NCBI GenBank assembly: GCA_050633305.1
Contig: JBOEGF010000005.1
Span: 64,001 to 128,000, forward strand
Reading direction: 5' to 3'
Origin: Nannocystales bacterium
GTDB lineage: Bacteria; Myxococcota_A; Polyangia; Nannocystales; Nannocystaceae
Length of the DNA: 64,000 bases
Part shown: positions 33,848 through 42,204 of the stretch, in pieces
Numbering within the stretch: the first letter of the stretch is position 1
How the letters are laid out: the number at the start of each line of letters is the position of its first letter
Translations under genes and position numbers: made by a program
Notes under the pieces: model-generated
Databases searched by the model: none
The model's input: the letters and a program-made list of their open reading frames with translations, nothing else
What the model was told of the DNA's origin: nothing

Positions 33848-34957
33848 ATGGTCGCCCGGCGTTGGTTGGTCCCCCTCGTTGTCCTGCTCCCCTCGTGCCA
33901 TCGCCCGCCGGCTCCATCCGCGCCTTTGGAGCCGGTCGTCGCGGGCCCTCGAGAGCCCGCGGCCGCACGGCGACAGCAGGAGTCCGGTCCTCGCGAGGTC
34001 ACCTCTGCGGACCGACGCATTCTCGAGCGGGGTGTCGCTGCGATGGAGGCCGGAGACGCCGAGGGTGCACGGTTGATCTTCGTGGGACTGCTCGACCGCT
34101 ACCCGCAGAACGCGGAAGTCTCCGGATTCCTCGATGCGGCGGTGGAGGCGAAGCAGCAGGACGAAGTTCGGCGAGAATCGATGCGTCCCGTCCCCGTCAA
34201 GGCTGTTGCGCTGCGGCGGCACAAGGTTCGAGACGCACCGGTTCGCCAGGGGGAAAAACCCAAGTTGGTGCTGGCATCCAAGACCCGCAACAAGATCATC
34301 GACGTGGAGGCGTGGTTCGAAGCGAATGACCTGCGTCGCCCGGATTGGCAAGTCCCCACGCCGCACGGGTCGGTCGAGGTGGATGTGCCGGCCTGGATTC
34401 CACGTGAACTCGACGGGCGGCGGCTCGTGCAAGCAATGGAGGACCAAGAGCACTCGATCGCGCTGTACGCCAAGACGTACTGGCGGGGCCGGGTGCTGCT
34501 GGTTTTTGATGCGAATCGAGACGTCGTCGCCGCGTACGATTTTTCCGCCTGGTCCGGGTCGGAGCCGCGGGGCGACGGTGAGGCCTCCGACCGTCGTGTT
34601 CTGTGGGCCTCGGTTCGTGAAGGGGTGCTGTTCGTCTCTTCGGGGCACTTCGGCTATGCGAAGGAGTCCGGAGGGCGCACGGCGTACCTCTCGGCCCTAG
34701 ACCTCTCGAGCGGAGAGCTGCTTTGGCGCAGCGACCCTCTGGTCGCCAACGCACGAAACTTCCTCTACAAGGACGGCTACATCATCAGTGGCTACGGGTT
34801 CACGGCCGAACCCGACTTCTTGTTCGTGGTCGATGCGAAGACGGGCGAGACCGTGACGAAGATCAAGTTGCGCAAAGGCCCCGAGATCATCCTCGAGAAG
34901 AACGCGCAGGTGTTCGTGCGGACCTACGACACCGACTACGTGTTCGACTTGCGCTGA
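33848..34957 (+). CDS. Lipoprotein with TPR-like helix pair and PQQ-like propeller segment
   Basis: LLPSC lipobox; ALDLSSGELLWRS, VVDAKTGETV; start uncertain (33839-33848). Confidence 0.7.
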   Translation: MVARRWLVPLVVLLPSCHRPPAPSAPLEPVVAGPREPAAARRQQESGPREVTSADRRILERGVAAMEAGDAEGARLIFVGLLDRYPQNAEVSGFLDAAVEAKQQDEVRRESMRPVPVKAVALRRHKVRDAPVRQGEKPKLVLASKTRNKIIDVEAWFEANDLRRPDWQVPTPHGSVEVDVPAWIPRELDGRRLVQAMEDQEHSIALYAKTYWRGRVLLVFDANRDVVAAYDFSAWSGSEPRGDGEASDRRVLWASVREGVLFVSSGHFGYAKESGGRTAYLSALDLSSGELLWRSDPLVANARNFLYKDGYIISGYGFTAEPDFLFVVDAKTGETVTKIKLRKGPEIILEKNAQVFVRTYDTDYVFDLR

Positions 34958-36003
34958 GCCGTGTTCGCGCCAGCTTGACGAGCGCGGGCGAGGTTCTCGC
35001 GCTTGACCAGCTGACCGCAGGCCGCTTCGATGTCCCGCCCCAGGCTGTGGCGGAGCGTCGTGGTTCGGCCGGCGGCCTTGAGCAGGTCCGAAAACGCCGA
35101 GCAGCGTTGTGCCGTGGAGCCCTGAAGCGCGGCGCCGTCGACCGGGTTGAACGGGATCAGGTTCAGGTGCACGTCGAGACCCTCCGTCCACTCGATGAGC
35201 GCGGCGGCGTCGGCATCGGTGTCGTTGACGCCGTTGAGCATCAGGTACTCGAGCATGACCGCCCGGTTTTGCAAGGCATTGACCTGTACGAGGGTTTCGC
35301 GGAGCTGCGGGAGCGGGTATCGCTTGGCGATCGGCATGATCGACTGCCGAGGCTCATCACGGACGCTGTGTAGGCTGAGCGCCAGCCCCACGCTGGGAAA
35401 CCGACGCGCAAACCGGAGCATGCCGTCGGTGATGCCGACCGTGGATACCAAGATCTTCTTGGGGGAGAGGTTGAACCACGCTGGGTCGGTGAGGCGCTCG
35501 ATGACCTCGACGAGGACGTCCTCGTTGTGGAAAGGCTCGCCCATCCCCATGAACACGACATTGCGGGGGCGCCGGCCTTCGGTCGCCAGCAATTGGCCGG
35601 CTTGAAACACCTGGTCGAGGATCTCGGCGGCGCTCAAGCTCCGGGCAATGCCCATCGTTCCGGTCGCGCAGAAACGGCACGCCGCGGCACACCCGACCTG
35701 GCTGGAAACGCATAGGGTCGTGCGACCGGTCGCGATCCGAAGGATGACAGACTCGGTGAGCAGTCCCGACGAGGTGCGAAACAGAAGCTTCGAGGCGCCG
35801 TCGATCTTCGAATCGTGGCGTTGTTCGAGCACGAGGGGGTGCAGCCCCAGCGGTGCGAGGGCGGCTGCACGCGCCAGGCCTTGGGCGTCAGGCTCGAAGT
35901 CCTTGAGCAGCGCGTTGCGGAGCAGCCGGACCTGCTCAGGGTCGGTGCGCGTTGCTTTCCGTAGCGCCTCCAGGGCTTCGGCGTCGAAGAACGGGGTGTC
36001 CAT
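34936..36003 (-). CDS. rlmN: RlmN-family radical SAM RNA methyltransferase
   Basis: TLCVSSQVGCAAACRFCATG, NVVFMGMGEP, LALSLH, EYLML.GVND, NLIPFN, DIEAACGQL. Confidence 0.88.
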   Translation of the reverse strand: MDTPFFDAEALEALRKATRTDPEQVRLLRNALLKDFEPDAQGLARAAALAPLGLHPLVLEQRHDSKIDGASKLLFRTSSGLLTESVILRIATGRTTLCVSSQVGCAAACRFCATGTMGIARSLSAAEILDQVFQAGQLLATEGRRPRNVVFMGMGEPFHNEDVLVEVIERLTDPAWFNLSPKKILVSTVGITDGMLRFARRFPSVGLALSLHSVRDEPRQSIMPIAKRYPLPQLRETLVQVNALQNRAVMLEYLMLNGVNDTDADAAALIEWTEGLDVHLNLIPFNPVDGAALQGSTAQRCSAFSDLLKAAGRTTTLRHSLGRDIEAACGQLVKRENLARARQAGANTAQRKSNT

Positions 36004-36124
36004 CGTGAACCCGCGGAGTGTAGAGCATCACGACGATCCGCACCCGGGGCGCGCCGAGACGTTTCGAGAATCAACGCGCATGTGGGTCCGAGAGGGTCTC
36101 GGAACGCGGCGTGGGCGCTCGTTC

Positions 36125-37204
36125 CTACTGAAGTCCACAGGACTCGCCCGGAACACACGCGTCACACGACCAGGTGAACCCGTCGAGGACGACCACCGTG
36201 TCACGGTCCCGCGGTCCCTGGTCGAAGAGGGCGGCGACGAGGTGAATCGTCTCTCCTGGAACAGCGGGCCCGCGAAGTTGCATCCACCCCGTCGCGGCGC
36301 CGATTGGGCAGTCTTCGACTTGCTCGCCCGCCACGTCGCAGGGTGCTCCCGTCCTGCCGTCCATTCCTGTGCGCTGGAGCATTGGGTGCTCACCAGAGAA
36401 CTCGTGCATTCGCGTTGCCAGACCTGTCACCGTCGCCGCCTCGCCTTGCCAGGTGGCGAGGTTGCCGACGTAGTCCTGGCTCTCGTGCCACCACACGAAC
36501 AGGTCGCTCGCAGCGTCGCCCACCGCCTCGGGGTACTCCGCGCTGAGTAAGCCGACTCGCATCGTGTAGCCATAGGCTTCGTCAGGGACGGTGGCATCGA
36601 CCGTGAACCAGATGAGGTCGTCCGCGGCTCCATGAAAGGCCGTCGCGAGCGTCCCCGAGCAGTCTCCGATGCCATCACACTCGACGTAGGGCATTGCCGA
36701 TGCGCTCGCGGGTGCGACGACGATCCCTTCGGGGAGCGAAGACACGCTGTCCTGGTTGTCGTTGTTGACCGACCCGAGTTCCGCGGCGCGCGCTTCCACG
36801 TTGACTTCGTCGACCAGCCCCGCCTCAGGCAGAGTGCCGGTGCTCAGCACGAGGACAGCTTCCGAGTCGCCCGCGACCCACGTCGCGTTGCCGAACTCTC
36901 GGGCCCGCCGCCACGCGTTGACGTCCGCGCTCTCAAATCGCGCCGCGGCAATGCCGTCGTAGCAGGCGATCTCCGGAGCGCGCAGCGGGTCTACCGCCTC
37001 ATCACACCCCGCCAGGGGGAAGGGTGCCGCGCACGGCTCGCCGGAGGAGCCGGATCCGGCGACGTCTGTCTCTCCTGCGCCTGAGCCCGATCCTGCTCCG
37101 ATGGCCGAAGGCTCCGATTCGTGTGCAACGGCGGCGACGTAGCTCTCGGTGCACCCCGCAACGAGTACGGCGAACACGGCTGCCGCTCGGAGCCACGGGG
37201 TCAC
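36125..37204 (-). CDS. Lipoprotein with choice-of-anchor L-like domain
   Basis: LVAGC lipobox; LVLSTG, SAEYPEAVG...DLF, GATGW, PGETIHL. Confidence 0.7.
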   Translation of the reverse strand: MTPWLRAAAVFAVLVAGCTESYVAAVAHESEPSAIGAGSGSGAGETDVAGSGSSGEPCAAPFPLAGCDEAVDPLRAPEIACYDGIAAARFESADVNAWRRAREFGNATWVAGDSEAVLVLSTGTLPEAGLVDEVNVEARAAELGSVNNDNQDSVSSLPEGIVVAPASASAMPYVECDGIGDCSGTLATAFHGAADDLIWFTVDATVPDEAYGYTMRVGLLSAEYPEAVGDAASDLFVWWHESQDYVGNLATWQGEAATVTGLATRMHEFSGEHPMLQRTGMDGRTGAPCDVAGEQVEDCPIGAATGWMQLRGPAVPGETIHLVAALFDQGPRDRDTVVVLDGFTWSCDACVPGESCGLQ

Positions 37205-37425
37205 GCCCTGAGCTTCGCACTGTAGGGACTATCCCGATAGCGTTGCCTCAACGCGCCGCTGGCGTGCTCGGCCTCCGCGCTTCATCTCGGAACCCGAGTC
37301 GCGTGAATGTCGCCACGGGCGGGCGTCGTCTGCGAGGTTCGACCGCGCCCCGTGGTCGAGCTGCTGCGACGCGAGGTTCATCCGGTCTGCTCGGGTCGTG
37401 GCGGATCATGTCCGCACCAAGTCAT
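37201..37425 (-). pseudogene. Remnant of a probable anti-sigma (FecR/TPR-type) gene
   Basis: 75-codon frame from an ATG overlapping the sigma stop to a TGA overlapping the next GTG; two internal TGA; ends ALRQRYRDSPYSAKLRA. Confidence 0.55.
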
Positions 37426-38009
37426 GCGCTCGCGCCCTTCGTACCCAGCTGGATGTCACGCCTGATCGCGGCGCGGACTCGGGTCATGGCTTTGTCGATA
37501 CGAGAGCGCACGGTCGGAACGGGAGCTCCGGTGAATTCCGCGATCTCGGGGATGGTGTGACCGAGGCTGTGCCGCAACACGAGCGCGGTGCGTTGCGCCT
37601 CCGGAAGGGCGTCGAGGTAGGCTTCGAGCGGCCGCGCCAGCGCCTCTGCGCCGGGGGTGGCTTGTGGGGCGGACGGCGCCTGGTCGGGGTTGTGCTCGTA
37701 CATCGCCGGCGTTCCGTGGCGAGCGTTCCATCGAACGACGCTGCGGGCCGCGACACGAGAAGCCCAGCCTTCGAGGGATCCACGGGCGGCGTAGTGTCCG
37801 GCGGAGCGGAGGATCTCGAGTGTGGCGACCTGAGCTGCGTCTTGGGCGTCGGTGGCAGTCCGCGTCAGACGGCGCGCAGCATGTCGGACGACGGGCATGA
37901 GTTGGCGGGCGAGGGCTTCCGCAGCGGCGCGCTCTCCCTGGGCAACGCGCTTGCACAGAGCGAGTTGGGCGTCGCGTTCCGGCGTTGGTGCGTTTCGAGC
38001 CACGCGCAC
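37422..38009 (-). CDS. ECF RNA polymerase sigma factor
   Basis: DAQDAAQVATLEIL...SLEGWASRVA; LPEAQRTALVLRHSLGHTIPEIAEFTGAPVPTVRSR; GTG start at 38009 or 38003. Confidence 0.88.
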   Translation of the reverse strand: MRVARNAPTPERDAQLALCKRVAQGERAAAEALARQLMPVVRHAARRLTRTATDAQDAAQVATLEILRSAGHYAARGSLEGWASRVAARSVVRWNARHGTPAMYEHNPDQAPSAPQATPGAEALARPLEAYLDALPEAQRTALVLRHSLGHTIPEIAEFTGAPVPTVRSRIDKAMTRVRAAIRRDIQLGTKGASA

Positions 38010-38035
38010 TTCATCGTGAAGCAAACGCTGGTGGA

Positions 38036-38051
38036 ATGGATGAAAAAAAAG
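38036..38051 (-). promoter_or_regulatory. Candidate ECF promoter element CTTTTTTTTCATCcAT
   Basis: The same motif occurs at 39098-39113 (+); each copy lies about 30 nt upstream of, and oriented toward, a start codon. Confidence 0.5.
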
Positions 38052-38073
38052 TCGGTGTGCGGCGCGGGAAACG

Positions 38074-39054
38074 TCAGGAAAGGGGGGCTGTCGTCCATCG
38101 GTAGCCGACTCCGACCCACATCGTTCCGGCGGCGGGATCGGTCTCGAACAAGGCTGTACTGTCCGTTCCAGCGGATCTGTCGAGCGTGGCGGCCAGGACC
38201 CAACCGAGCACGCCCACCCGCGCAGAAACGAACCATCCGTCCCGAATCTGCACTCGCAGCGAAGCCTCTGCGCCCAGGGCGAGACGAGGGGCCCATCCCG
38301 GTTGAGCGCGGGAGGAGGGCGGTGCGCCTGACCAGCCCAGTCCCTCGGCCGCGGCGACGACGTATATGCCGGGCTGCAGTCGCGCGTCGGGGCGGATGCG
38401 GGCGCCGGCCCTGAGGTGCCCGCCAACCCGCTGGACCTGCAGACCGGCGCTGGCGTGTGGGGGCGTGTACACGATGCCGCCGCCGACCGCGAAACCAGAC
38501 CGCGTCCGAACATCGAGGTCGAAGCCCCCACCGGAGTGCCAGCGCTGTTTGGAACCCCCCGAATCGCCCCGGTACCCCATCGCGAGGGCCCACTGCGTCC
38601 CCATGGGGGCAAGCGCTGGCGTCGGTTCGGGTTCCGGCGTCGGTTCGGGCTTCGGTTCGGGTTCGGGCAGCGGTGCGCTGAGCATGCTGCGAATCAGTAC
38701 TCCGAGTGACTCCAGAAGCAGGCCGGCTTCGTCCTGTGGCGGCAGCGTTCGGACCCAGGCTTGCCGAGCTCCGGCGCGCTGCATCGCAACCCTTAGGCTG
38801 CCATCATCCTGCCGCGTGAGCTCGACCTGGACGGTCGAGGGGGGCCATGGGCGTTCACCGGGCGCAAAATCCACGTGAACGTCGTAGCCGAGGTCCGCGA
38901 AGTGGCCTTCGAGCGCGCGTTGGACGGTCGCCTCCGCCAAGCCCAGCTCGGACGCACTCCGGACCTCCAGGACCTGGCTCGTCGTCGACGAAGCACGGCT
39001 TGGGACCGCGGGCTCCGCGAACAGCGTCGCGAGCGCGATGACAGCCGCCAACAC
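38074..39054 (-). CDS. Secreted / possible outer-membrane beta-barrel protein
   Basis: Signal peptide, N-terminal alpha/beta domain, PE linker, alternating beta-strands ending WVGVGYRW. Confidence 0.65.
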   Translation of the reverse strand: MLAAVIALATLFAEPAVPSRASSTTSQVLEVRSASELGLAEATVQRALEGHFADLGYDVHVDFAPGERPWPPSTVQVELTRQDDGSLRVAMQRAGARQAWVRTLPPQDEAGLLLESLGVLIRSMLSAPLPEPEPKPEPTPEPEPTPALAPMGTQWALAMGYRGDSGGSKQRWHSGGGFDLDVRTRSGFAVGGGIVYTPPHASAGLQVQRVGGHLRAGARIRPDARLQPGIYVVAAAEGLGWSGAPPSSRAQPGWAPRLALGAEASLRVQIRDGWFVSARVGVLGWVLAATLDRSAGTDSTALFETDPAAGTMWVGVGYRWTTAPLS

Positions 39055-39097
39055 GGTGGCCCACGGTACCCCAATCGCGGCGAGGACCCCCGTCGTT

Positions 39098-39113
39098 CTT
39101 TTTTTTCATCGAT
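39098..39113 (+). promoter_or_regulatory. Candidate ECF promoter element CTTTTTTTTCATCgAT
   Basis: Matches the motif upstream of the ECF gene; a 14-nt exact match also lies at 44238-44251 (-). Confidence 0.5.
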
Positions 39114-39145
39114 CGCGACGACGACGGTTCCACCGACCATACGAG

Positions 39146-40510
39146 ATGGAGCGGAGCGAGCAGCGACTGCGAAGGAGAACCTTTCTGCGGATGGTGGGGA
39201 TCGGAATGACGGCCCCCTTCGCCGCGCAAATGGCTTCGTGGGTTCACGCCGACCCCGGCGACCGTCCGGTCCGCCTGATGATCTTCTACGTTCCTCACGG
39301 CTGGCCGATCGAGGCCGTCGACCCCGGCGGGCAAGGAAACGCCTTCTTCACAGGCGATGTGCTGTCCCCGTTGGCCTCCGTTCAGGACCAGGTCACGGTG
39401 GTGCGCGGGATCGGCATGAACGACGGCGCGACCAACCACGCTGCGATCCGCACCGTCCTGACAGGGCGCGCGGAGGGCGGAGACGACGACTCGATCGACC
39501 GGCGAATCGCTGAGGCGCTCGGGGTGCCGGCGCACGTGCTGGGCACCGTCCCCTACGCCTCGTTCGCAGGCTTCAGCGTTGACTCGTTCCTCACGAAACA
39601 CGGCGGCGCATGGGTTCGGCCGACGGAGAACCCTGTCGATGCCGCGGAGACCTTGCTGGGTTCGCTGGGCTCAGGTGCAGACCCCAAGAGCGGACCCACC
39701 GATGCCGACTTCCGGCGCCAAGCTCTGGCGTTGACCGAGCGCGAGTTGGAGGTGATGCACGACTCGATCTCGGGGCTGACCTCGGAGGAGTCGAAGCTGT
39801 CCATTCACCTCGAGGCTGTCCGCGCGCTCAAAGCCGGGGGCGGAAGCGGTCCCAACCTCGTGACGTGCGAGGAGCGACCCGTCCTCCCCGCGGTCGATGC
39901 CATGAAGGGGCTCGATGCGCTCGACCCGGCCAACTTCGGACGGGTCCTCGATGCGCATCTCGAGGTGATCTCCGCCTCGCTGACCTGCGGGACGGCCCAG
40001 GTGGTCACGCTCCAGAACATGTACGTGAACGGCCAGGTCCCCTTCAACTTTTCCGGTGGCCCCGGCATCGCGAAGGGACACCACGATCCGATCTCGCACT
40101 CCTGGGATGCCGCGGGACGCACCGAGTTTGCGACCTGCCAGCGATGGTTCTTCGAGCGGCTCATGGAGAAGGTCATCACCCCTCTGTCGACGACGCCCGA
40201 CCCCTCCGACTCGGACCCCAACAACATGGTCCTGGACAACACGCTCATCTACGTGTGCTCGGAAATCAGCGACGGGGCGAACCACAACTCCGACGCTTCG
40301 CAAGTCTGGGTGGATGGTGTGGGCTACGACAACTATCTGCCCCAGGTTCTGATCGGCGGCGGGGGAGGCTGCATACGATCCGGGGAGGTCATCAATACGC
40401 CGGGGCGCTCCAACATGGAGATGCTTGCAACGATTGGGGAGGCGATGGGGGTCGGTGGACTGTCGATCGGCGGAGAGACGCCCAAGGTGATCGGGGAGGT
40501 GTTGGCATGA
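39146..40510 (+). CDS. DUF1552 family Tat-exported protein
   Basis: Twin-arginine RRRTFL; RLMIFYVPHG; SIDRRIA; KLSIHLEAVRAL; HHDPISH; LDNTLIYVCSEISDG..H. Confidence 0.82.
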   Translation: MERSEQRLRRRTFLRMVGIGMTAPFAAQMASWVHADPGDRPVRLMIFYVPHGWPIEAVDPGGQGNAFFTGDVLSPLASVQDQVTVVRGIGMNDGATNHAAIRTVLTGRAEGGDDDSIDRRIAEALGVPAHVLGTVPYASFAGFSVDSFLTKHGGAWVRPTENPVDAAETLLGSLGSGADPKSGPTDADFRRQALALTERELEVMHDSISGLTSEESKLSIHLEAVRALKAGGGSGPNLVTCEERPVLPAVDAMKGLDALDPANFGRVLDAHLEVISASLTCGTAQVVTLQNMYVNGQVPFNFSGGPGIAKGHHDPISHSWDAAGRTEFATCQRWFFERLMEKVITPLSTTPDPSDSDPNNMVLDNTLIYVCSEISDGANHNSDASQVWVDGVGYDNYLPQVLIGGGGGCIRSGEVINTPGRSNMEMLATIGEAMGVGGLSIGGETPKVIGEVLA

Positions 40511-42204
40511 ACCTCCGTCAGGGAATGATGTTGCTGAGCCTCGCGGGGTGGGGCTGCTATGGAGGGACGGACGCGGGGGGAGACACCGACGGCTCCGGTG
40601 AGACGGACGGGGCGGAGTCCGCCGGGGACTCGGGAGGCGCTGATAGCGGAGACTCTGATGGCGACGGCCCCGGTGGCGAACCATCGGCTCGCTGCGACAC
40701 GTCGAAGATCGGCCCGCCGCTGCTGCGTCGGCTGACACAGGCCGAGTTCGATGCCACGGTCCGGGTGGTCTTCCCGCCGATCGCGGACTCCTTCGAGGGG
40801 GTCTCGGTAGGGGCGGACACCACCAGCGAACTCGGGTTTCGCAACGATGCAGGCTCGCTGTTGGTCGGCGAGCAGACCGCCGCCGAGATCCTCTCCACTG
40901 CGGAGGACGTCGGCGATGCGATCACTGCGCCCGCGGTCTTTGCCAACGTCCTGCCATGCTCCAACGAGACGCCGGACGAGGGCTGCGCGAGGACGTTTGC
41001 CCAGGAGTACGGTGCTCGACTCTTTCGGCGCTCGCTTTCCGCGGAGGAGGTCGACCGGTACGTCGCGCTGCACGGTTCGGTGTCTTCCGACTCGGACTTC
41101 GCGACGGGCATCAAGTGGATGCTGGTCTCGATGTTCCAGTCGCCTCACGTCGTCTACCGCTCTGAGCTCGGCGAGGATTCTGGCGACGGCACGCGGACGC
41201 TGACCGGTTGGGAACTCGCGACCGCGCTGGCCTACAACTACGCTGGCCACCCTCCCTCGGATGCGTTGCGAACCCTCGGCGAAGAAGGGGCGCTGGCCGA
41301 CCCCCAGGCCCGGGTCGAGCAAGCTCGCACGCTGCTCGCGAGCGATGCGGGCCGTGAAGGTGTGCATCGCTTCTTCGAGGATTGGATCGACTACCCAGAG
41401 GTCGCGCTCAAGACCCGACCGGACACCCCGGAGTTCGACGGGGTCCGCGGTGCGCTGGTGGAGGAAACCCGGCGCTTCATCGAGACCGTCATTCTCGACG
41501 ACGACGGTGATGTCGCGTCCTTGTTGTTGGCCGACTACACGAGCCTGGACCCCGAACTTGCTGCGTACTACGGCTGGGGCAGCGGGTCGGAGCAGGGCGA
41601 GATTGTGCCGCGACCGGACGATTGGGGCGTTGGCTTGTTGGCGCAGGGCTCCATCCTCGCCGCGAACGCGCAGATCGACGCGTCCTCTCCGACGCAGCGT
41701 GGACTGTTGGTCTACGAGCGCCTGCTTTGCAACGAGCGCCCTCCTGTCCCTGAGGACATCCCCGCGATCGAGGCCCCCGAACCCGGCGTATCGACAACGC
41801 GGCAGCGGTACGAGGAGTCGCACATGGCCAACGCCGGGTGCCGGTCCTGCCATGCGTTCTTCGACCCGATCGGGTTCGCGTTCGAGCACTTCGGCCCCGA
41901 GGGGCGCTACCGACCCGATGAGGGAGGCTTGCCGATCGATGCGAGCGGCAACATCCCCCTGGGCGTGCTCGAAGAGGAAGTCGCCTTCGATGGGTTGACC
42001 GACCTGGGCGAAACCCTCGCGTCGCTACCCGAGGTCACGGACTGCGTCAGTGGGCTGACTGCCGCGTACGTGTTCGGTGGTGCCGGCGGGCAGTCGTGCC
42101 TGGCCGAGGACGCCCGGACTTCGCTCGCCGAAGGGGAGATCGGGATGGTGGAGTTCATCGCCCAACTCGCCGCCGCCCCGCACTTCAGCACTCGGCAGCC
42201 CTAG
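40507..42204 (+). CDS. DUF1587/1595/1592/1588/1585-type lipoprotein with CxxCH motif
   Basis: LRRLTQAEFDATV, RLFRR, QSPHVVYRSE, ELATALAY, SSPTQRG, CRSCHAFFDPIGFAFEHF; ATGA-coupled to DUF1552. Confidence 0.85.
   Translation: MNLRQGMMLLSLAGWGCYGGTDAGGDTDGSGETDGAESAGDSGGADSGDSDGDGPGGEPSARCDTSKIGPPLLRRLTQAEFDATVRVVFPPIADSFEGVSVGADTTSELGFRNDAGSLLVGEQTAAEILSTAEDVGDAITAPAVFANVLPCSNETPDEGCARTFAQEYGARLFRRSLSAEEVDRYVALHGSVSSDSDFATGIKWMLVSMFQSPHVVYRSELGEDSGDGTRTLTGWELATALAYNYAGHPPSDALRTLGEEGALADPQARVEQARTLLASDAGREGVHRFFEDWIDYPEVALKTRPDTPEFDGVRGALVEETRRFIETVILDDDGDVASLLLADYTSLDPELAAYYGWGSGSEQGEIVPRPDDWGVGLLAQGSILAANAQIDASSPTQRGLLVYERLLCNERPPVPEDIPAIEAPEPGVSTTRQRYEESHMANAGCRSCHAFFDPIGFAFEHFGPEGRYRPDEGGLPIDASGNIPLGVLEEEVAFDGLTDLGETLASLPEVTDCVSGLTAAYVFGGAGGQSCLAEDARTSLAEGEIGMVEFIAQLAAAPHFSTRQP

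Noticed and set aside
38010..38612. 5' extension of the 396-aa ECF ORF
   Set aside because: It overlaps the 38074..39054 gene and crosses the T-tract promoter motif; sigma homology starts near 38009
39610..40506. 5' extension of the 864-aa ORF
   Set aside because: It overlaps DUF1552 in another frame; the real start is the coupled ATG at 40507 with a lipoprotein signal
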